64,000 nt of DNA from Candidatus Kapaibacterium sp. (GTDB lineage: Bacteria; Bacteroidota; Ignavibacteria; Kapaibacteriales; UBA2268). Under the pieces are notes generated by a model that made no database searches, had not been told where the DNA came from, and was given only the letters and a program-made list of their open reading frames with translations. Shown here piece by piece: positions 9,232 through 19,570 of this stretch. Within the stretch, counting starts at the first letter, position 1. The number at the start of each line of letters is the position of its first letter. The stretch spans positions 3,584,001 through 3,648,000 of the forward strand of contig OY761611.1 of the NCBI GenBank assembly GCA_963664875.1. The letters run 5' to 3'. A program made the translations under genes and the position numbers.

Positions 9232-11280
9232 ATGGAAATAGTTTTAAGCGATGTAAAGGCTTTTGAAGCAAAATTTTATGATCAAAAAACGACTGAAAAA
9301 TCGGCACGAATCCGAGAACTTGTTTATAACGTTACACACTCTGATAGCTATGCAAACTTATCTTCTTTAATTTTTGCTGCGCCGGACAATCCGGAAGTTA
9401 AAAAATACATTATTTCCGTTTTCGGGGAAGAAACCGAATCAAAACTTGAGCTATTAAAAAGAGTCTCATCTCTAAACTTCCCTGATACTAAAAAGCAGAT
9501 TTTGCAACTCAGAAAGCAGTTTATCGGTTTAGTGAGCGATCTCAATCTGATTTTTGTAGTGCTTTCCGAGCGTCTAATAGCTCTGAAAGAAGCTGTCGAA
9601 AATCAGTCCGATGATTTACTCAAACTTGCCGAAGAGTGCCTTTATCTTTATTCTCCAATCGCACACAGACTTGGAATCCGAAAGATTTATACCGACATGG
9701 ATGATCTTGCCTTTCAGTTTCTTTATCCTAAAGAATTTAAAAAGTTAGATAACGCAATCGAAAAACATAGAGAAAAGCTGAATACAAAGCTCGAAGATAT
9801 GAAAAATAACCTCAAAATTGCGTTGGCGAAGCAAGGCATAGAGGGTAAAATTCATTTCAGAGTAAAAAGGCTTTATAGTATTTATCTCAAATTGATAAAT
9901 CAAAACATATCGGTAGAAGATGTTTATGATTTGATGGCTCTAAGGGTTATTCTTAATGATGTGGACAGTTGCTATCTTGCATTGGGAGCAGTGCACAGGA
10001 ACTGGATTCCTATCGAAAAGCGTTTTCGTGATTGGATTACTTTCCCTAAAGCCAACGGCTACCGTTCGATACAAACTACTGTTGTAACAAGAAGCGGTGA
10101 CAGATTCGAAATTCAAATCAGAACTGAAGATATGCACAGAGAAGCCGAATACGGCTCTGCAGCTCACTGGGCATACAAAGAAGGTATATCTGCTGACACC
10201 TGGATACTCCGACTCAAAGAATTTTTGGAAAACGACGAATATTTCCAAAATCCATACGAATTACAGGAACTGATGAAATCCGATTTGAAAACGGACAATA
10301 TCCATGTGCTCACTCCCAAAGGAGATGTAAAATCACTGAAGTTAGGTTCCACCGCCATTGACTTTGCATATTCTATCCATACCGGAATAGGCGAGAAGCT
10401 GGTTGGTGTAAAAATTAACGGCAAACTCGCAAAACTCAAAACACCTCTCAATTCCGGTGATGTGGTCGAAGTTATTACAAATCCGAACGCTACACCTTCC
10501 CGTGACTGGTTGGACATTTGCCAGACAAGCAAAGCACGCTCGAAAATTTTATTATGGATAAAAAAGAACGAACAGGCTCAAATTTTAGAAGACGGCAAGA
10601 GATTGTGGGAGCGGTTTAAAAAAAGATATAAAAATAAACTTGACGGACACGCAGAGGACGCAAAATTTAAAACAAATCTGACAAAAATCGGATTCAAAAA
10701 TATAGATGATTTTTATTCTGCAGTAGCTATCAAATCTCTGAAACTGACGCAAACTTTGCTCCGTAAACTGTTCCCTGATGCATTTGCAGCAGCAAGGGAT
10801 ATACAGTTGCAAAAATCATCGGGTATATCGCAGCTTCAACGTGCTCCAAAAATAAAAGTTGAAGAAAAAAGCGGCATAGTGACTACTCTTGCCAAATGCT
10901 GCAATCCTATTAAAGGTGAGCCGATAATTGCGTATATCACAAGTAAATCAGATATAAAAATTCATGCCTTACGCTGTCGCCATTATAAATTAGGAGAGAT
11001 GGATCCCGAAAGAATAAAACCGGCAGAGTGGGAGCAGGCAGCATCATTCCAGCATGCAGGAGTGAATCTGTTTGGAGAAAATTACTTCCTGATGCAAAAA
11101 GCTCTAACCGATATATCTTCCAATATGGGAGTAGCTATCAACTCTATGCAGAGAAAAGACATCAACGAATATATGTTTGGAATCAAAGTAAGCGTAGAAG
11201 TTAAAGATTTTGCACAGCTTAATCAGTTTGTGCATAAACTGCAAGCCAATGCAGATATTGAATCAGTAGATATTCTTTAA
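9232..11280 (+). CDS. relA: Long RelA/SpoT homologue ((p)ppGpp synthetase with degenerate hydrolase domain; TGS, ZFD and ACT-like domains)
   Basis: PIAHRLG, RVKRLYSIY, DLMALRVI, PKANGYRSIQT, EIQIRT, TGS (TPKGD..AIDFAYSIHT) and AKCCNP; no HD motif. Confidence 0.88.
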   Translation: MEIVLSDVKAFEAKFYDQKTTEKSARIRELVYNVTHSDSYANLSSLIFAAPDNPEVKKYIISVFGEETESKLELLKRVSSLNFPDTKKQILQLRKQFIGLVSDLNLIFVVLSERLIALKEAVENQSDDLLKLAEECLYLYSPIAHRLGIRKIYTDMDDLAFQFLYPKEFKKLDNAIEKHREKLNTKLEDMKNNLKIALAKQGIEGKIHFRVKRLYSIYLKLINQNISVEDVYDLMALRVILNDVDSCYLALGAVHRNWIPIEKRFRDWITFPKANGYRSIQTTVVTRSGDRFEIQIRTEDMHREAEYGSAAHWAYKEGISADTWILRLKEFLENDEYFQNPYELQELMKSDLKTDNIHVLTPKGDVKSLKLGSTAIDFAYSIHTGIGEKLVGVKINGKLAKLKTPLNSGDVVEVITNPNATPSRDWLDICQTSKARSKILLWIKKNEQAQILEDGKRLWERFKKRYKNKLDGHAEDAKFKTNLTKIGFKNIDDFYSAVAIKSLKLTQTLLRKLFPDAFAAARDIQLQKSSGISQLQRAPKIKVEEKSGIVTTLAKCCNPIKGEPIIAYITSKSDIKIHALRCRHYKLGEMDPERIKPAEWEQAASFQHAGVNLFGENYFLMQKALTDISSNMGVAINSMQRKDINEYMFGIKVSVEVKDFAQLNQFVHKLQANADIESVDIL

Positions 11281-11295
11281 AATATAGAGAGCAGT

Positions 11296-11649
11296 ATGCA
11301 GATAGAAGTTTTTTTGATTTCTCAACAGTTAGTGCATTATTTTCTGCATCTGATATTTCCGGGCATTGTGGCTCATGCTTTCTTTCGGGAATACCGAATG
11401 AAAGCATGGCTGCTAATGCTTTCCACAATGCTGATTGACATTGACCATTTGTGGGCAAATCCAATATTTGATCCGAATCGTTGCAGCGTCGGATTTCATA
11501 CATTTCACTCTTACCCTGCTATAGCAATGTATCTTTTGCTCTTAGCAGTGCCAAATAAAACAATCCGTATCATAGGTTTAGGGCTGACGCTGCATATACT
11601 GACCGATTTGCAGGATTGTTTATGGCAGCTTGCCTATTCGACTCATTAA
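11296..11649 (+). CDS. Small membrane protein, DUF6122-like (metal-dependent hydrolase-like)
   Basis: HYFLH, DIDHL, PIFDPNRCSVGFH..HSY and HILTD motifs. Confidence 0.75.
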   Translation: MQIEVFLISQQLVHYFLHLIFPGIVAHAFFREYRMKAWLLMLSTMLIDIDHLWANPIFDPNRCSVGFHTFHSYPAIAMYLLLLAVPNKTIRIIGLGLTLHILTDLQDCLWQLAYSTH

Positions 11650-11819
11650 AATCAAAAATTTCTTTCCACAGGAAATTTTTTTTCGTGTATATCTCTAAGA
11701 TAATAGATATATTTAAGGTTAATAATAATTAGTTTCCACATACAGAAAAACTAAACTTTCGTTTTTTTTCTTCGTATAAATCAATGCAATTTATGGTTTA
11801 ATATTATCGGAATAGGACA

Positions 11820-12806
11820 ATGAACGATCTCAGAGAAATTAACGAGCGAATCCAAAAGGAAAGTGCCTTTGTGGATATGCTTATGATGGAAATCGGCAAA
11901 GTAATTGTCGGTCAAAAGTATATGGTAGAACGCCTGCTTATTGGGCTTTTATCCAATGGGCACGTATTGCTCGAAGGTGTGCCCGGGCTTGCGAAAACAT
12001 TAGCAATCAACACACTGGCAAATGCCATTGATGCAAAATTTAGCCGAATCCAATTTACTCCTGACTTACTCCCTGCAGATTTGACAGGTACACAAATATA
12101 TAATCAGAAAAAAGACGAATTTACTGTCAGACGCGGGCCAATCTTTGCTAACTTTATCCTTGCAGATGAAATCAACCGTGCTCCGGCAAAAGTGCAGGCA
12201 GCTTTGCTTGAAGCTATGCAGGAAAGACAAGTTACAATCGGCGATGAGACATTCAAAATGGAAGAACCGTTTTTGGTGCTTGCTACACAAAACCCGATAG
12301 AGCAGGAAGGTACATACCCACTACCTGAAGCTCAGGTAGATCGTTTTATGCTCAAACTTGTTATTTCATATCCCAATCTCGAAGACGAAAGATTGATTTT
12401 GAGACAAAACATAAGCAAAAACTACCCGAAAGTAGAAAAAATGCTCAAACCTGAAGATATAATCAATGCAAGATCCGTTGTAAAAGACGTTTACATTGAT
12501 GAGAAAATCGAAAAATATATTCTTGATATTATTTTTGCTACAAGGTTCCCTGAGCAGTACGGTCTCGGAAAACTCAAGAATCTCATTAGCTTTGGAGCTT
12601 CTCCTCGTGGTTCTATTGCACTTGCGATGGCAGCAAAAGCCTATGCATTTATCAAGCGTCGCGGTTATGTAATTCCTGAAGACATAAGAGCTATCTGTCA
12701 CGATGTACTTAGACACAGAATCGGAATAACTTATGAAGCAGAAGCAGAAAATGTACGTTCGGAAGATATCATCAACGAAGTACTCAACTCTGTAGAGGTT
12801 CCTTAG
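11820..12806 (+). CDS. moxR: MoxR family AAA+ ATPase
   Basis: LEGVPGLAKT Walker A, RIQFTPDLLPAD, ADEINRAPAKVQ and TQNPIEQEGTYPLPEAQVDRF. Confidence 0.95.
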   Translation: MNDLREINERIQKESAFVDMLMMEIGKVIVGQKYMVERLLIGLLSNGHVLLEGVPGLAKTLAINTLANAIDAKFSRIQFTPDLLPADLTGTQIYNQKKDEFTVRRGPIFANFILADEINRAPAKVQAALLEAMQERQVTIGDETFKMEEPFLVLATQNPIEQEGTYPLPEAQVDRFMLKLVISYPNLEDERLILRQNISKNYPKVEKMLKPEDIINARSVVKDVYIDEKIEKYILDIIFATRFPEQYGLGKLKNLISFGASPRGSIALAMAAKAYAFIKRRGYVIPEDIRAICHDVLRHRIGITYEAEAENVRSEDIINEVLNSVEVP

Positions 12807-12901
12807 AAAGCAATCGAATGTTTGCCATTTGAATAAATAAGCAAGCAATTCGAATCTGTAATAGCCGAGCGTCATTCTATATGGAATGTCACAAGCATAG
12901 C

Positions 12902-12944
12902 AAACAGCCTGCAAGGCTGAGAGACCATGCCTTTCAGGCTGTTT
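12902..12944. repeat. REP-like palindrome (AGCCTGAAAGGCT family)
   Basis: AAACAGCCTGCAAGGC...GCCTTTCAGGCTGTTT; same core as the arms flanking tnpA at 19.6/20.2 kb. Confidence 0.6.
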
Positions 12945-13040
12945 CGTAAGTTGCAATTTGGACATTTGCCTATAGATTTAATATAGGCAAAACAAACGAT
13001 AAAAAACCATGCAGGTTGATGAACATTTGGATGGAAAAAA

Positions 13041-13916
13041 ATGGATACTGTAGATTTAATAAAAAAAGTACGCAAAATAGAGATATACACTCGAGGGCTA
13101 TCAAAAAATATCTTTTCCGGAGGCTATCATAGTGCTTTCAAAGGTAGAGGTATGGCTTTTGCTGAGGTAAGGGAGTATATGCCGGGCGATGATGTCAGAA
13201 CTATAGATTGGAACGTTACTGCCCGATACAATCACCCTTATGTCAAAGTCTTTGAGGAGGAAAGAGAGCTAACTGTGATGCTGTTAGTTGATGTGAGTGG
13301 CTCGCAGGACTTCGGGACTAATACTCAAAATAAACGTGAGCTGTTGACTGAGCTTAGTGCAGTGCTCTCATTTTCTGCTATCTCGAACAACGACAAAATC
13401 GGAGTTATCTTTTTTAGTGATAAAATAGAGAAATTTATTCCTCCTAAAAAGGGGAAAACTCATACACTCAGAATTATCAGAGAGCTGATAGAATTCAAAC
13501 CGGAGAGCAAAGGCACCGATGTGGCTTTAGCTCTTGAGTATATGACTAATGTTATTAAAAAGAAAAGCATAGTTTTTCTTCTCTCTGATTTTGTTTCTAA
13601 AGACTTTTCAAAATCACTCAAAATTGCCTCACGAAAACATGACACCATTGCTGTTAGGCTCTACGATCCGAAAGAAGCTGAAATCCCGGATCTTGGACTC
13701 GTTCATATCAGAGATGCTGAAACAGGTAAAATCTCCTGGGCAGATACCTCTTCTAAAGAATTCAGAAACCACTATAAAAATATGTGGGTAGAAAGAGAGC
13801 AAAAACTGGATAAACTGTTTGCTGTCAGCAATGTAGATGAAATCAAAATACACACAGGGCAACCTTACATAGTGCCTTTAAAAACGTTTTTCAAAATGAG
13901 AGGTATGAGAAGATAA
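13041..13916 (+). CDS. DUF58 family protein (MoxR-associated, vWA-like)
   Basis: FKGRGMAFAEVREY.PGDDVRTIDWNVTAR, EEERELTV and DVSGS. Confidence 0.93.
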   Translation: MDTVDLIKKVRKIEIYTRGLSKNIFSGGYHSAFKGRGMAFAEVREYMPGDDVRTIDWNVTARYNHPYVKVFEEERELTVMLLVDVSGSQDFGTNTQNKRELLTELSAVLSFSAISNNDKIGVIFFSDKIEKFIPPKKGKTHTLRIIRELIEFKPESKGTDVALALEYMTNVIKKKSIVFLLSDFVSKDFSKSLKIASRKHDTIAVRLYDPKEAEIPDLGLVHIRDAETGKISWADTSSKEFRNHYKNMWVEREQKLDKLFAVSNVDEIKIHTGQPYIVPLKTFFKMRGMRR

Positions 13917-13947
13917 GTTTTATATAAATTTCCAAAAGGGGTGCATC

Positions 13948-16900
13948 ATGTATAAACATATACCGGCTTTGATTTTGGTAGTAGCTTGCTGCCTGTCCGG
14001 CATATTTTACTTTCAGAGCAAGGATGGGCGTTCTGTCTCTGAAGAAGTAACAAAAAAAATTAAAATCTCCGAGTTTGACGGCGATTTCTCTCCAAAGGAA
14101 AGAGCTGTCTATAAGTTCTGGAGACTTAGAGATCCTCTAACCAATACAATTCCTGCAGGCATTCGCAGACAGTCTTTAGAGTATGCTCAGCTGATTGCCG
14201 GCGGTTATCGCAATGATAAATATCAGGGCGATAATCTCTTGGCACAAGATTGGTCTATCAGAGGGCCTTACTATATCGGTGGCCGTACTCGAGCTATGGC
14301 TTTAGATGTGAAAAACGAAAATATTATTCTTGCCGGTGGTGTATCCGGTGGGGTTTGGCGTTCCACAGACGCTGGCACTACATGGAACAGGACTACAAAA
14401 CTTCATCAGTTACAATCAGTATCTACAATTTCACAGGACAAACGACCGGGCAAAGAAAATATCTGGTACTACGGCACCGGCGAATTGTGGGGGAACTCTG
14501 CTGATCTTATTGGCGATGGTATCTTCAAATCGACAGACGGCGGTCTAAGCTGGAATCAGTTAGAATCTACACTTTCCGGCACTCATGGCACTTGGGACAA
14601 TATGTTTGACTATATATGGCGAGTTGAAACCGATCATTCGGTTGCTGATCAGGATGTAGTGTATTGTGCTACTGCCCTCGGTGGTATCCAAAAAACCACT
14701 GACGGGGGAGAGTCATGGAGACTTGTTCTCGGTGGATGGGGCAATAGCTATGGATATTTTACTGAAGTTGCCATTTCACCGAGCGGAGTAAAATATGCTG
14801 CCCTCGGAAAAAGAGGACCAGATCCTAACGGTTCGCCTGCTGCAGGTATTTATCGTTCCGAAGATGGTGAAAAATGGACAAATATCACTCCTGATAACTG
14901 GCCTGAAAATTATAATAGGATTGTGATAGGCATTGCACCTTCTGACGAAAGCCAAGTTTATTTCCTTGCAGAAACACCGGGTAGCGGTAGATTGACTTTC
15001 GATTACCAAGGTGATTCCTTATGGAACTCAATCTGGAAATATACTTATAAGTCAGGTGATGGCAGTGGCACAGGCGGAGTCTGGGAAGACCGTTCCGCAA
15101 ATATACCAAAACCGGAATCACGCCACATGCAGTTCAATCCTCAAGGTTCGTACAATCTTGTTTGTAAAGTAAAACCAAATGACCCGAATGTAGTATTTAT
15201 CGGTGGAACTTCGCTCTATCGCTCAAACGACGGTTTTGCAACTGATAATTCCGTACTTGTCGGAGGTGTTTGTCCATTCGAAGATTGTGAATACTGGTAT
15301 CGCTATCCTAATCATCACTCAGATTTGCATGAAGTACTGTTTTTGCCTTCAAATCCTGATGTACTATTTACAGCGGAAGATGGAGGTATCCACAAAGTGC
15401 TTGATAATAAAAAAGATGTTTATGACTGGATTTCTTTAAATACCGGATACTTTACCACACAGTTCTACGCTCTTTCAATAGACCATGCTCCACAAAATCC
15501 TAAAGATTTGCTTATAGGAGGTATGCAGGATAACGGAACTTTGTTTGATATAGACATGGAACTGAAAAATCAATGGATGACTGCTTCTACCGGTGATGGT
15601 TTTTACTGCCAGGTAGCCGATGGTGGCAACGTTATTTATTCTTCTATGAACACTAATGAACCGGTGAAAATCAAAATGTGGCGACGTCATATTTCTGATG
15701 ATGGGGATACCATAGTAAGAAGAAGGATTGACCCTACAGAAGGCAGAGACTTCATGTGGAATACTCCTTTTGTGCTCGACCCTAATGATAACGCTAAAAT
15801 GTATGTAGCAGGCGGCAAAATAGTTTGGCGTAATAATGATTTGGATGAAATTCCAATGGATAATTCAGATACGCCAACTATGATTAACTGGGACAGCTTG
15901 TCAAATACCAGAGTAACCGGCGATGCGAGAATTTCTATTGTTGCTGTATCCAAATCACCTGCAAACGTGCTCTATTATGGTACTACTCACGGAGAAGTAT
16001 ATAAGATAACAGATGCAGACAAAGGTGACCCGATACCTGAATTGGTTTATACTGATGGAGCTAATACTTCCAACGTGGGCTCTATTGCTATAGATCCTAA
16101 CGATGCGAATAAAGTGATAATCGTTTATACGAATTACAGAGTCGAATCTATGCTATATACCGAAGATGGTGGAAAAAACTGGATACCAGTCGGTGGTAAC
16201 TTAGAGGAAAACATTGGAGGTAGTGGCAATGGCCCTGCAGTAGCGTATGCTAAATATCTGCCTCGAGGAAACGGGAACCGCATATTTGTGGGTACTTCTA
16301 CAGGTGTTTATTCCACTTCTTATTTGAATGGTTACAATACAGTGTGGCAGCCCGAAGCTCAAAACGTAATCGGCAATGTAGTAGTAGATATGATTGACGC
16401 TCGCGAATCAGATGGCCTTGTTGTTGTGGGTACTCATGCAACAGGTATCTATCAGGCATATATCAATGATTTGCATCCTCAACCAAATATGCCAAACCTG
16501 CTTAGCCCATATAACGGAAGTAAGGGGATAGCAGCCAGCACACTATTACAATGGAAATCCAACAATCCTGCAGCTCTTTACGATTTGCAGGTGGCTACTG
16601 ATAAAGATTTTAACAATATTATTTTTGAAAAATCATATATCAAAAATGACTTCGAATATGTAGGCGGACTCGAACAGGGTGGCAAAACATACTATTGGAG
16701 AATAAAAACATACGCTGCCGGCGGAGAAACTGAATTTACAGAAGCATGGACATTTAAAACTGCTCCTGAATCACCTGAATTGATTTTCCCGGCTAAGAGC
16801 CAGAAAGAACTTGACACTGATATTACTTTCCTTTGGTCTGAAGCAGACGGAGCAACCCGCTACAATCTGCAGATTGCTACTATGCCGGGCTTTACAGGTA

Positions 16901-17331
16901 TAATCAAAGATACTATTGTTACAGGCACAAGCTGCCTAATCTCCGGCTTTGAACTAAACAGCAAATATTACTGGAAAGTTGCTTCCGGCGATGAAGACGG
17001 AATTGGTGAACTTAGTAAGCAAAATATTTTCTATACTAAAGACCCGAATTCAGTCAAGGAAGGTTTAGAAGGAAGTATTGTCTTGTACCAAAACTATCCA
17101 AATCCGTTTAGCAAGACAACACATATAGAATTCGACAGCAAATATGCTACTCATGTGCTGTTGGATTTATATGATGCAAACGGAAGAAAAATTGAAACTT
17201 TATTGGATAAAATGGTGTATGGTAGAAATAAAGTAGATATAGATGCCCACAATCTGAAGTCAGGTACTTATTATTACAGACTTACAGCCTCAGGCAAAAC
17301 ATTTACTAAGAAAATGGTTGTTGTAAAATAG
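13948..17331 (+). CDS. Large secreted BNR/Asp-box beta-propeller protein with FN3-like domains and T9SS type A sorting domain
   Basis: Repeated STDGG.SW/W Asp-box motifs, GGRTRA, two FN3-like YYWR/YYWK modules, C-terminal QNYPNPF...SGTYYYRL...KKMVVVK. Confidence 0.88.
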   Translation: MYKHIPALILVVACCLSGIFYFQSKDGRSVSEEVTKKIKISEFDGDFSPKERAVYKFWRLRDPLTNTIPAGIRRQSLEYAQLIAGGYRNDKYQGDNLLAQDWSIRGPYYIGGRTRAMALDVKNENIILAGGVSGGVWRSTDAGTTWNRTTKLHQLQSVSTISQDKRPGKENIWYYGTGELWGNSADLIGDGIFKSTDGGLSWNQLESTLSGTHGTWDNMFDYIWRVETDHSVADQDVVYCATALGGIQKTTDGGESWRLVLGGWGNSYGYFTEVAISPSGVKYAALGKRGPDPNGSPAAGIYRSEDGEKWTNITPDNWPENYNRIVIGIAPSDESQVYFLAETPGSGRLTFDYQGDSLWNSIWKYTYKSGDGSGTGGVWEDRSANIPKPESRHMQFNPQGSYNLVCKVKPNDPNVVFIGGTSLYRSNDGFATDNSVLVGGVCPFEDCEYWYRYPNHHSDLHEVLFLPSNPDVLFTAEDGGIHKVLDNKKDVYDWISLNTGYFTTQFYALSIDHAPQNPKDLLIGGMQDNGTLFDIDMELKNQWMTASTGDGFYCQVADGGNVIYSSMNTNEPVKIKMWRRHISDDGDTIVRRRIDPTEGRDFMWNTPFVLDPNDNAKMYVAGGKIVWRNNDLDEIPMDNSDTPTMINWDSLSNTRVTGDARISIVAVSKSPANVLYYGTTHGEVYKITDADKGDPIPELVYTDGANTSNVGSIAIDPNDANKVIIVYTNYRVESMLYTEDGGKNWIPVGGNLEENIGGSGNGPAVAYAKYLPRGNGNRIFVGTSTGVYSTSYLNGYNTVWQPEAQNVIGNVVVDMIDARESDGLVVVGTHATGIYQAYINDLHPQPNMPNLLSPYNGSKGIAASTLLQWKSNNPAALYDLQVATDKDFNNIIFEKSYIKNDFEYVGGLEQGGKTYYWRIKTYAAGGETEFTEAWTFKTAPESPELIFPAKSQKELDTDITFLWSEADGATRYNLQIATMPGFTGIIKDTIVTGTSCLISGFELNSKYYWKVASGDEDGIGELSKQNIFYTKDPNSVKEGLEGSIVLYQNYPNPFSKTTHIEFDSKYATHVLLDLYDANGRKIETLLDKMVYGRNKVDIDAHNLKSGTYYYRLTASGKTFTKKMVVVK

Positions 17332-17345
17332 AATCAATTTGCAAT

Positions 17346-18299
17346 ATGAAAAGAATACTTGGTTTATTATGTGTTACTTTAATCATTGGTTCGGTTGCCT
17401 ATGCAGCCGAACCGGTCTTTAAAGCTGAAATTGATACGAATGGCACGCTAATCGGTAAACAAATTGAACTTAGACTCAGTGCGGAATATGATAAAAATCA
17501 TACAGTATTCTGGCCCGAAATCAAAGACAGTATCGGCAGTCTGGAAATAGTAAACATTGCAAAGCCCGATACGGTCAGGAAAGAAGCGACATTGTCGGTT
17601 ATTAAAAAGTATAAAATTACTTCGTTTGATGCCGGCGACTTTACCATTCCGGAATTTACTTTTTCTTATCAGAAGCAGGCAGATGACAATCTGTTTGCAG
17701 CTCAAACTAAAGAAATCAATTTGAAATTTGCCGGAATAGAAGTTGATACTACTAAGGACATTAAGGACATCAAACCTCCACTTGTGCCTCCGTATCAATT
17801 TGACTGGATGATAGTCTTGTACATAGTGCTTGGCTTATTAGCTGTTTTTGCTGCTTGGTATGTATGGAAAAGATACTTTGCAGGCAAAAAAGATGATTTA
17901 CCTAAAGCTCCAATCCGACCTGACATTCCTGCTCATATTTTAGCTTTGGAATCGCTCAAGCGACTTGATGAAGAAAAACTATGGCAAAACGGACAGGAAA
18001 AACTTTATCACGTAAAACTATCTGAGATTATCAGGACTTATATTGCTGCCAAATTTGGTATTGACGCAATAGAAATGACTTCAAGTGAAATATTGGAATA
18101 TTTTGGCGGTATAACCAATATGTCTGCTGAGCTGAAAGAAAGCCTCAGAAAACAATTTAATATCTCAGATATGACAAAGTTTGCCAAATATAGACCTTTG
18201 CCTGACGAACATGGATTTTGCCTGCGTTCGGCAATAGAATTTGTTGAAAAAACTCATGCTACATCTGCTACTCCTGCAAACAATGAGGAGGTGAAATAG
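17346..18299 (+). CDS. Bat-operon-associated membrane protein (BatD-like N-terminus, TM, helical C-terminus)
   Basis: Signal peptide, DIKDIKPP, TM, LSEIIRTYI...EMTSSEI...D.TKFAKY.P; typical gene between DUF58 and batA. Confidence 0.8.
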   Translation: MKRILGLLCVTLIIGSVAYAAEPVFKAEIDTNGTLIGKQIELRLSAEYDKNHTVFWPEIKDSIGSLEIVNIAKPDTVRKEATLSVIKKYKITSFDAGDFTIPEFTFSYQKQADDNLFAAQTKEINLKFAGIEVDTTKDIKDIKPPLVPPYQFDWMIVLYIVLGLLAVFAAWYVWKRYFAGKKDDLPKAPIRPDIPAHILALESLKRLDEEKLWQNGQEKLYHVKLSEIIRTYIAAKFGIDAIEMTSSEILEYFGGITNMSAELKESLRKQFNISDMTKFAKYRPLPDEHGFCLRSAIEFVEKTHATSATPANNEEVK

Positions 18300-18301
18300 C
18301 T

Positions 18302-19300
18302 ATGTTTACAGATATGAAATTTACTAATCCTGATATGTTTTGGCTGCTTATAGTGATTCCGTTACTATTGGTATGGAATTATTTCAGACGTCACAGAATG
18401 GTATCAGATATTAAAGTGTCAGACAGTTCCGCTTTTTCGCTTGCTGCGAAATCATGGAAAGTAAGATTGATGTGGTTGCCTATCCTTTTCAGGATGATTG
18501 CAATAGCACTTCTTATTACCATTTTGGCAGAGCCTCGTTCGAGCTCGGTGAGGAAAGATGTAGTAACTGAAGGTATAGATATAGTAATTTCTTTGGACGT
18601 TTCGGGTTCGATGCTTGCAGAGGATTTCAAGCCCAATAGATTAGAAGCTGCAAAAAAAACAGCAATTGATTTCATAGGGCAGAGGAGCAATGACAGGCTG
18701 GGTGTAGTGGTCTTTGCAGGGGAGAGTTTTACACAGTGCCCTCTGACTGTAGATCATGATGTACTCAAAAACATTGTTTCTAAGATAGAAACGGGCAAGC
18801 TCAAAAACGGAACTGCGATAGGTATGGGATTGGCTACAGCTGTAAGCAGACTTAAAGAAAGTAAGGCAAAAAGCAAAGTAGCAATCTTACTTACAGATGG
18901 TGTCAATAATACCGGAATTGTAACTCCCGAGACAGCTGCAGAAATAGCCGAAAAATTCAAAATCAGATGCTATACCATTGGGGTTGGTACAAACGGCACG
19001 GCTCCGGTGCCTGTGCAACATCCTATTTACGGCAAAACTTATCAGCAGGCTGAAGTGCAGATAGACGAAGACTTGCTTAAAGAAATATCTAAACGCACAG
19101 GAGGCAAGTATTTCAGAGCCACAAACAACAAGAGCTTAGAAGACATCTACAAAGAAATTGATAAACTCGAAAAAACTAAGATTGATGAAACATCTTATGA
19201 GCAGTTCGCAGAGGAGTATATGCCTTTTGCTATCGCTGCAGGTATTATGCTGTTGTTAGAATTTTTGCTGAACTACACAGTATTTCGCAAAAATCCGTAA
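18302..19300 (+). CDS. batA: VWA domain-containing protein BatA
   Basis: N-terminal BatA TM region, DVSGSM MIDAS, PNRLEAAK, GTAIG and LLTDG.NN. Confidence 0.92.
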   Translation: MFTDMKFTNPDMFWLLIVIPLLLVWNYFRRHRMVSDIKVSDSSAFSLAAKSWKVRLMWLPILFRMIAIALLITILAEPRSSSVRKDVVTEGIDIVISLDVSGSMLAEDFKPNRLEAAKKTAIDFIGQRSNDRLGVVVFAGESFTQCPLTVDHDVLKNIVSKIETGKLKNGTAIGMGLATAVSRLKESKAKSKVAILLTDGVNNTGIVTPETAAEIAEKFKIRCYTIGVGTNGTAPVPVQHPIYGKTYQQAEVQIDEDLLKEISKRTGGKYFRATNNKSLEDIYKEIDKLEKTKIDETSYEQFAEEYMPFAIAAGIMLLLEFLLNYTVFRKNP

Positions 19301-19345
19301 ACATATAAAACTTACTCGAAGTCAGCAAAATGACGCTAAGATTTG

Positions 19346-19377
19346 AAAGGGGAGAAGAACTGTTTTTTCTCCCTTTT
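19346..19377 (+). terminator. Intrinsic terminator after batA
   Basis: AAAGGGGAGAA...TTCTCCCTTTT. Confidence 0.6.
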
Positions 19378-19488
19378 GTTATTTTGGAGCTAAAAGTTAT
19401 TAGAAAAAGCAGTAAAAGATTATCTTGTTAATTGGGAGACTGTCGCTTATGTCAAAATTTATACTATTTTCTATGTAAGAAAAAGTAT

Positions 19489-19536
19489 AAAAATATTTCG
19501 CATTGGTTGGTTCTCCGTATTATAGAAAGCACTGAG
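19489..19536 (+). repeat. 48-bp direct repeat, copy 1 (flanks tnpA-REP cassette)
   Basis: AAAAATATTTCGCATTGGTTGGTTCTCCGTATTATAGAAAGCACTGAG; one mismatch to 20296-20343. Confidence 0.9.
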
Positions 19537-19570
19537 ATTACTTTTAGTCCAATATTTCAATTAAATTTAC

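Noticed and set aside
12366-13090. Antisense ORFs of 199 and 72 aa (and similar shadow ORFs at 27453-28073, 37471-37914, 41102-41572, 51825-52412 and 62373-62804)
   Set aside because: They overlap well-supported genes on the opposite strand and have no recognisable motifs.
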